DNA from: an uncultured delta proteobacterium
Lineage (GTDB): Bacteria; Myxococcota_A; Polyangia; Polyangiales; Polyangiaceae
Direction: 5' to 3'
DNA length: 64,000 nt
NCBI GenBank assembly: GCA_963696385.1
Contig: CAVOKF010000008.1
Location: 160,001-224,000 of the forward strand
Shown here: one piece after another, positions 57,863 to 64,000 of the stretch
How positions within the stretch are numbered: position 1 is the stretch's first letter
Layout of the letters: each line of letters starts with the position of its first letter
Translations under genes and position numbers: made by a program
The notes under the pieces: generated by a model
What the model saw: only the letters and a program-made list of their open reading frames with translations
The model's database searches: none
Told to the model about the DNA's origin: nothing

Positions 57863-59095
57863 TCATTCCGATGGACTGCGCACCGTCGGCAGAGCTTTCG
57901 TGCCGTCTCTCGCACGGTCCGGACGAACCTTCGGCTTCGCACCGAGCAGAGCGAGTTGACCGCACGCGGCACTCACGTCGTCGCCGCGACGGCGACGAAT
58001 GAAGCAGGAATACCCGGCCTCGCAGAGAATGCGCTGAAACAGGAGCACGCGCGACAGATCGGGCGGACCGAGCGAGCTCGGTCCGATGGGGTTCATCGGA
58101 ATGAGGTTTACTTTGACGGGGATTCCACGCAGGAGCCTGCCGAGCTTCTTCGCCTCGGCTGGATCGTCGTTTCGGCCGGCCACCAGGGTGTACTCGATGG
58201 TGATGCGACGGCGGCGCGGCAAGGGGTACGATCGCAAGGCCTCCATGAGAACCGGCAGTGGGTACTTCCGGTTGATCGGCATCAGCCGCGATCGCGTTTC
58301 GTCGTCGGCCGCGTGAAGCGACACGGCGAGGCCGATATTTCCGGCGAAGTCGGCACCCAGCCGCGCGATTTCCGGGACCAGGCCGCTCGTGGAGACCGTG
58401 ATGCGCCGTGGCGAAAGCGCGACGCCATCCGCATGGGTCATCAGCCGCAGCGCGCGCGCTGTGGCGTCGTAGTTGTGAAGGGGCTCGCCCATTCCCATGA
58501 ACACGACATTGCTGAGACGCTCGCCGTCCTCCAGGTGAGAGCGACCGGCCACGACCTGAGCGACAATCTCGTCCGCCCCGAGATGGCGCTTGAGCCCGGC
58601 CACCCCGCTCGCGCAGAAGACACAGCCCATGGCACAGCCGACTTGGGTGGACACGCACTGCGTGACGCGGACCGCGCGGTCGTCGCCATCTTCCTCGCTG
58701 CTCTCGACGTCGTCGTCGCCTGCGGCGGCATCGGCATCGACGGGTTCGAGATCCGGCCGAAGCGGCGACGGCAGGCTGCTGCGGGTCCCCGTCACCCCCG
58801 GGATGAGCACGGTCTCGATGGTGGCGCCGTCTTTGAGGCGCAGCAGAAGCTTGCGCGTGCGGTCGGTCGAGCGAAGGACGGCGGCCGTTGCAAACGTCTC
58901 CGGCAAATGGAGGTCCGTAAGCCACGCGCGCAAAGAGCGCGGCACGTCCGTCATCCGATCCGGATCGAGAACGCTGCGCGCGTGCAGCCATCGAAAGATC
59001 TGCCGCGCGTGAAAGGCCCGTCCGCCGCCGTCGCGAAGAGCGACGACCCACTCCTCGGGCGTTCGCGCGAGCGGCGGGACGTGGCCAGACTGCAC
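57863..59095 (-). CDS. rlmN: Dual-specificity RNA methyltransferase RlmN (radical SAM)
   Basis: IETVLIP, CVSTQVGCAMGCVFC, VFMGMGEP, SLHA, IEY, VNLIPMN, RGDDVSAACGQL. Confidence 0.96.
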   Translation of the reverse strand: MQSGHVPPLARTPEEWVVALRDGGGRAFHARQIFRWLHARSVLDPDRMTDVPRSLRAWLTDLHLPETFATAAVLRSTDRTRKLLLRLKDGATIETVLIPGVTGTRSSLPSPLRPDLEPVDADAAAGDDDVESSEEDGDDRAVRVTQCVSTQVGCAMGCVFCASGVAGLKRHLGADEIVAQVVAGRSHLEDGERLSNVVFMGMGEPLHNYDATARALRLMTHADGVALSPRRITVSTSGLVPEIARLGADFAGNIGLAVSLHAADDETRSRLMPINRKYPLPVLMEALRSYPLPRRRRITIEYTLVAGRNDDPAEAKKLGRLLRGIPVKVNLIPMNPIGPSSLGPPDLSRVLLFQRILCEAGYSCFIRRRRGDDVSAACGQLALLGAKPKVRPDRARDGTKALPTVRSPSE

Positions 59096-59112
59096 GCCGC
59101 GTAACGTAGCTT

Positions 59113-59268
59113 AGGCGCGCTCGGTCGCCATGAACTTCGGTGGTCCCGCAGGCGGAGCGGCAGCGGATCGCGGCGGACGCCCTCGGGTCGCCTCGGACTT
59201 CGGCAGCCGATCCGGGCGAGGCGCGCTCGGTCGCCATGAACTTCGGGTGGTCCCGCAGGCGGAGCGGC
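59113..59268. repeat. ~49-bp direct repeat (family C), 106-bp period, between mazG and rlmN
   Basis: AGGCGCGCTCGGTCGCCATGAACTTCGG(G)TGGTCCCGCAGGCGGAGCGGC at 59113 and 59219. Confidence 0.9.
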
Positions 59269-59279
59269 GACCAATCGCG

Positions 59280-60182
59280 TCAGGCGCTGTCGGTCGCCGC
59301 GGGCTTGGGCGGCCGACCCGACTCTGTGCCCTTGGCCTCGTCCCAGTAGGCGTCGAGAACGGCAAGCGGCAGGGCATCCTTTCCGCCCGACTCGCCCCAC
59401 CCTCCGTGATCCTCGCGCACGCGTCGCTCGACGTACGCGAACCGGGTCGAAAACTTGTCGATCGTGCGCCGAAGCGCGCCCTCGGCGTCGACGCCCAGAT
59501 GGCGAGCGAAGTTCACCAAGGCGAACAGAACGTCGCCCATCTCGGCTTCGATCGCGTCCGAATCGCCGCGCTCGACGGCCTCGTCGAGCTCGCCCATCTC
59601 TTCGCTTACCTTGGCGCGCGACCCTCGCGGGTCCTCCCAATCGAAGCCGACCCGGGCGACCTTCTCGCCGATTCTCTGGGCGCGGGTGAGCGCCGGCATG
59701 CTGCGCGGTACCCCCGACAGGATGCCCTTGTCGCCCTTTTCCTTGGCCTTGATTTTCTCCCAATTGCGGAGCACTTCGTCGGCGTCCTTCGCCTCGGTCT
59801 GTCCGAAGACGTGAGGGTGACGGTGGACCAGCTTGTCGACGATTCCGGCGATGACGTCGTCGATGGCAAAGGAGCCTTCCCGCCGCGCGAGCTCGCCCTG
59901 GAACACGACCTGGAGCAATAGATCGCCGAGCTCTTCGCGCATGGCGGCGCGGCTGCCCGAGTCGATCGCGTCGATGACTTCGCACGCCTCTTCCAGCACG
60001 TACTTGCGAAGCGTCTCGAAGGATTGATCGCGGTCCCACGGGCAGCCGTCGGGCTCCAACAGCCGGCGCATCACGCCCACGAGGCGGACCAACGTGGACC
60101 CGTCTTGCAGGTCCGTCGGGGGCACCGGACGAGGCTCGTCGGCGTCGAAGCGACGCAGCCGCTGGGACTCCGCTTCAGGCAT
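59280..60182 (-). CDS. mazG: Nucleoside triphosphate pyrophosphohydrolase MazG
   Basis: GCPWDRDQ, EEACEV, EELGDLLLQV, RHPHVFG, WEKIK, GFDW, EMGDVLF. Confidence 0.96.
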   Translation of the reverse strand: MPEAESQRLRRFDADEPRPVPPTDLQDGSTLVRLVGVMRRLLEPDGCPWDRDQSFETLRKYVLEEACEVIDAIDSGSRAAMREELGDLLLQVVFQGELARREGSFAIDDVIAGIVDKLVHRHPHVFGQTEAKDADEVLRNWEKIKAKEKGDKGILSGVPRSMPALTRAQRIGEKVARVGFDWEDPRGSRAKVSEEMGELDEAVERGDSDAIEAEMGDVLFALVNFARHLGVDAEGALRRTIDKFSTRFAYVERRVREDHGGWGESGGKDALPLAVLDAYWDEAKGTESGRPPKPAATDSA

Positions 60183-60213
60183 GGGGCCAGCCAGGCTACA
60201 TTGACTCCGGCGA

Positions 60214-61353
60214 ATGTCGACCCTGTCTGCGCCGCCATCGTCGACGCCACCGCTCGTCCATCGGCCGTACCGACGGGTGGTCCCGATCGCCACGGCCATC
60301 GCGGTATTGGCGCTGGCGTACGTCTTGAGAGGCGTGCTTATTCCGCTTCTCTTCGCATTCTTGCTTGCCTACGTCCTCGACCCGTTCGTCGACTGGTTCG
60401 AAGCGCGCAAGGTTCCCCGCTCGATCGCCGCCCCGACCGTCATGTTGGGCATCGCCGGGTTGCTCGCGCTGATGGTGATCTTCGCGATCCCGATGTTCGT
60501 CGACGAACTGCGATCGGTCGCAACCGACTTGCCGGCGCAAGCGCGGGGCCTCGAAGTTCGCATCGAACCGTGGCTTTGGCGCAACCTGCATTTCCGGCCC
60601 CCGCACACGATGGACGAGCTCGGGACGGATTTGCAGGCCAAGCTCCACGAACAATTCCCGAACATCCTCACGGCGGCGACCGTCGCGCTTTTTGGAACGC
60701 TCAGCTACCTCGCCGTCGTTCTGAGCGCGCTCATCGTTCCGGTGTTCGCGCTTTACCTCTTGATCGACTTCGACCGAATCGTACGACGCACCGCTCAGCT
60801 CATCCCCCGTCGCTGGTACCCGCCGGTCGCGAGCGTCGCGAGGCAGATTCACCGCACCCTCGGCGGCTACGTGCGGGGCCAACTGACAGCGAACATCGTG
60901 CTCGGAGCGCTTTACGCCACAGGGCTACGCTTCGTCGACGTGCGGCTTGCGGTCCCCATCGGAGTGCTCACCGGCATGCTCGCGTTCGTGCCGTACATCG
61001 GCTTCGGCTGCGGTCTGTTCCTCGCCCTCTCGATGGCGACGCTCGATTGGCAGGGGCCTGGACGCTTGGCCGGCGTCCTGGCCGTGATGCTCGGAGTGCA
61101 GGTCCTCGACGGCCTCGTCGTTACGCCTCGCATCGTGGGCCGATCGGTGGGACTGGCCCCGCTCGAGGTGCTGCTCACGATGATGGCGGCCGGAACGCTG
61201 TTCGGTTTTGTCGGAGTCCTCTTGGCCGTACCGCTCGGCGCCGTCGTGAAGATTCTCGTGCAGCGCGTCGTGAAGGCCTACCTCGCTTCCGACTTCTACG
61301 GTCAGAACGTCGCGCCGCAACCGGCGGTGCGGTCAGCGACCCAACGTGAGTGA
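60214..61353 (+). CDS. AI-2E (PerM) family transporter
   Basis: PLLFAFLLAYVLDPFV, YLLID, GYVRGQL, FVPYIG, PRIVG..VGL.P, LAVP. Confidence 0.92.
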   Translation: MSTLSAPPSSTPPLVHRPYRRVVPIATAIAVLALAYVLRGVLIPLLFAFLLAYVLDPFVDWFEARKVPRSIAAPTVMLGIAGLLALMVIFAIPMFVDELRSVATDLPAQARGLEVRIEPWLWRNLHFRPPHTMDELGTDLQAKLHEQFPNILTAATVALFGTLSYLAVVLSALIVPVFALYLLIDFDRIVRRTAQLIPRRWYPPVASVARQIHRTLGGYVRGQLTANIVLGALYATGLRFVDVRLAVPIGVLTGMLAFVPYIGFGCGLFLALSMATLDWQGPGRLAGVLAVMLGVQVLDGLVVTPRIVGRSVGLAPLEVLLTMMAAGTLFGFVGVLLAVPLGAVVKILVQRVVKAYLASDFYGQNVAPQPAVRSATQRE

Positions 61354-62126
61354 CGACATCCTGGTCGAGACCGTCGGTGCGACCCGAGTCGTGACCATCC
61401 ACCGCCCGCAGGCCAGGAATGCGCTGACCCCGGGGGTCCTGGCGGGGCTCCGGGATGCGTTCCGCCAAGCCTCGACCGACCGCGCCGTGCGATGCGTGGT
61501 CCTCACCGGCTCCGGCGAGCATTTCTGCGCCGGGGCGGACCTGAACCTCATCCTGGCCGATCCCGAAATCGACCGTCACCTGGAAGGGTATCTGGACGCG
61601 TTTCACGATCTGGTCCAAAGCGTGGTCCGCTGCGACAAGCCCACGATCGCGATGGTGGATGGAGCGGCGGTGGGCTTCGGCGCCGACCTCGCCTTTGCCT
61701 GCGATCTCCGGGTGCTCACGACTCGGGCGTATACCCAGGAGAAGTTCGTCCAGATCGGATTGATTCCGGACGGTGGGGGTAGCTTTTGGCTGCCGCGCCT
61801 GGTCGGTACCGCCAAAGCGATGCACATGATCCTGCTCGCGGAGCGGGTGGACGCGTCGGTGTTGCACGACCTCGGCGTCGCAAGTGCCGTGGTCGACGCG
61901 GACCGGCTGCGCGAAGCCACCCTCGCGATCGCTCGACAGATTCGAGTCCGGCCCTCCCCTCGCCTTTGCCGCCGTCAAGCGCACCGTCTACGCCAACTGG
62001 GGATCGCTCGACGACGCGCTGCGACGAGAGCGCGAAGAGCAATTGAAACTCCTGCGAAGCGCCGACTTCGCAGAAGGGGTCGCCGCCTGGAGGGAGCGCC
62101 GCAAAGCGCGGTTCGAAGGCCGATAA
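61346..62126 (+). CDS. Enoyl-CoA hydratase/isomerase (PaaG-like); +1 frameshift near 61941
   Basis: RNAL, FCAGADL, GAAVGFG..LAFACDLR, GLIPDGG; C-terminus ESGPPLA...DFAEGVAAWRERRKARFEGR lies in the next frame. Confidence 0.9.
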
Positions 62127-62134
62127 GGCGAAGG

Positions 62135-62281
62135 GCGACCTCGACCCCGACCCCGACAACCTCGACCCCGACCCCGACCTCGACCCCCGACCTCGACCCC
62201 CGACCTCGACCCCCGACCTCGACCCCCGACCTCGATCCCCGACCTCGACCCCCGACCTCGACCCCCAACCTCGACCCCGAA
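62135..62281. repeat. 13-bp tandem repeat CCTCGACCCCCGA (~8 copies) at a convergent junction
   Basis: Units at 62178, 62191, 62204, 62217, 62230, 62243, 62256 and 62269, preceded by degenerate units. Confidence 0.93.
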
Positions 62282-62304
62282 ACCGCGTGACTCGCTCGGG
62301 GGGA

Positions 62305-63258
62305 TCAGAAGAGATATCGCTCCCCCGTATCGCATAGGACGGTCAGGACGATGCCCTGTCGCTCGCGGCCCGATGCGAGGTCGGCGCCGGCGACTCCCCC
62401 CGTTCGAGCCGCGACCTCGCATGCCGCATGGACGTTCGCGCCCGACGAGGGGCCGACCAGCAGGCCTTCTTCTCTCGCCAGGCGCGTGGCCATGCGCTCC
62501 GCGGCGACGTCGGACACGGTCATCACCCGGTCGATCACGCTGCGATCGAGAGTCTCCGGAACGAAGCCGGCGCCGATTCCCTGAATGCCGTGCAGGCCGG
62601 CGGGACCGCCGCTGAGCACGGCGCTCGCCGAAGGTTCGACGGCCACGACCTGGACGCCTGGTCGCTCCCGCTTGATCACCCGGCCCACCCCCGACAGAGT
62701 TCCCCCGGTTCCGACGCCCGCGACGAAGGCCACCAGATCGTCGCCCACGGCGTCGAGGATCTCGCGGGCCGTCGTTCGCTCATGCGCCTCCGGATTCGCC
62801 GGATTTTCGAACTGGCAGGGCATGAACGCACGATCGGTCTGCCGCGCGATCGCCCTGGCGCGATCGACCGCCCCGGCCATTCCGCCGTCCGCGGGGGTCA
62901 GCTCGATCTTCGCGCCGTAGGCCCGCAGCACGTGCCGCCGTTCCAGGCTCATGTCTTCGGGCATCACGAGAATGCAGCGATAACCGCGGACCGCCGCGAT
63001 CATGGCCAGTGAGATCCCCGTATTGCCGCTCGTGGCTTCGACGATGACCGCGCCCGGACCCAGATGGCCGGCCCTCTCGGCGGCTTCGATCATCGCGAGC
63101 GCGGGGCGATCTTTCACACTGGCGCCCGGATTTTTCACTTCGAGCTTGCCGACGACGGACGCGCCCCGACTCGGCCCTATTCTCGAGAGTCGCACGAGCG
63201 GAGTGTGCCCGATGAGATCGAGAACGCTGCCCGCGATGGCATCGTGCGGACGAGACAT
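62305..63258 (-). CDS. cysK: Cysteine synthase A (O-acetylserine sulfhydrylase)
   Basis: IGHTPLV, NPGASVKDR, EATSGNTG, QFENPAN, GVGTGGT, HGIQGIGAG, GPSSG, DTGERY. Confidence 0.94.
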   Translation of the reverse strand: MSRPHDAIAGSVLDLIGHTPLVRLSRIGPSRGASVVGKLEVKNPGASVKDRPALAMIEAAERAGHLGPGAVIVEATSGNTGISLAMIAAVRGYRCILVMPEDMSLERRHVLRAYGAKIELTPADGGMAGAVDRARAIARQTDRAFMPCQFENPANPEAHERTTAREILDAVGDDLVAFVAGVGTGGTLSGVGRVIKRERPGVQVVAVEPSASAVLSGGPAGLHGIQGIGAGFVPETLDRSVIDRVMTVSDVAAERMATRLAREEGLLVGPSSGANVHAACEVAARTGGVAGADLASGRERQGIVLTVLCDTGERYLF

Positions 63259-63271
63259 CCGTCGCACGGTA

Positions 63272-63880
63272 TCAGAAGATGCGCTGACCGATCTTGATGG
63301 TGTCGCCCGCCTGCAGGGGAACATCGGCCAGCTTGCCCTCGGTGATGTCGTCGACGTTGATCGTCGCCGTCACCGTTCGCTTCGGCCCGACGATGCGCGT
63401 AAGCCGCACGTGATCGCCGTCGGCCAAAGGGGTCAGGCCGCCTGAAATCCAGATGGCGTCGATGAGCTTCATGCCCTCAGACCACGAAATGACTCCGGGC
63501 TTGGCCACGGCGCCGATGATGCTCACTTTTTTGGAGTTGTACTGTTTGACGATGAGCGTCACCTGAGGATTGACCAGGATCTTCCGCTCGATGAGCTGTC
63601 TCTTGATGAGCTCTTCGATTTCCTGGGGCTCCAGGCCAGCCACCGTGACGCGGTCGAGATAAGGAAAATCCACCGTGCCGTCGGGTTGGATGCGAAACTC
63701 GGGAGGCAAATCCTTCTCGCCAAGGATCGAGACGGAGAACGTGTCGCCAGGCCCGACGGTGGTGCTCTGCGTCGGGGGCGGCAAGTTCACCGCCGAGGCA
63801 CGCCCCGACCGTGCGCATCCGACCGCCAGCGCCAACACGACGACCAGCCACACCCAGCGCCCCAACACGAAGTCATCCAT
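63272..63880 (-). CDS. Short polysaccharide export (OPX/Wza-like) lipoprotein
   Basis: LAVGC lipobox; GPGD, IQPDGTVDFPYL..V.VAGL (PES motif), one SLBB domain, LQAGDTI. Confidence 0.9.
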   Translation of the reverse strand: MDDFVLGRWVWLVVVLALAVGCARSGRASAVNLPPPTQSTTVGPGDTFSVSILGEKDLPPEFRIQPDGTVDFPYLDRVTVAGLEPQEIEELIKRQLIERKILVNPQVTLIVKQYNSKKVSIIGAVAKPGVISWSEGMKLIDAIWISGGLTPLADGDHVRLTRIVGPKRTVTATINVDDITEGKLADVPLQAGDTIKIGQRIF

Positions 63881-64000
63881 CTGCGTTTACGCCGCCGCCA
63901 GCATGCCAAAACCGGGGCGCCGGCGCCACGCGTCGGCGCGAGCCACCAACCGGTCGGACATCAGAGAAACAGGCGCAAGCCGAGGTACGCCTCGACGCGC

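Overview
High-GC bacterial chromosome segment. Gene content (a romX-like polarity gene, a short EpsY-type OPX protein, many Cys-rich or Asp/Ala/Gly-rich lipoproteins, a SWIM-SNF2 helicase) points to a myxobacterium, probably Polyangiaceae-like; this is inference. Most of the window is housekeeping: pyrF, rlmB, dnaE, coaE, argS, rluD, lgt, rlmN, mazG, cysK, and a PerR-rubrerythrin-FeS oxidoreductase-DUF3501 unit. The most interesting accessory blocks are: (1) a 12-kb glycosylation locus with ugd, a UDP-uronate epimerase, three GT4 enzymes, a DUF2334 deacetylase, a PIG-B/Alg9-like (GT22) membrane mannosyltransferase and an MMPL exporter, which could make a GPI- or GIPC-like glycolipid; (2) a small type II FAS/PKS operon with an ACP, two KS enzymes each fused to an inactive chain-length-factor-like domain, and a lipoprotein; (3) an orphan SctJ/YscJ-like ring lipoprotein; (4) several families of hairpin-rich intergenic repeats, one with a compensatory base change and tandem amplification at its ends; (5) an Ntn-hydrolase lacking its catalytic Cys. 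Five genes, including dnaE, carry apparent single-base insertions, three of them at GATTCGA; I read these as probable sequencing artefacts. I found no rRNA, tRNA, CRISPR array or transposase. All calls come from reading motifs by eye, with no database searches, and many start codons are best guesses.
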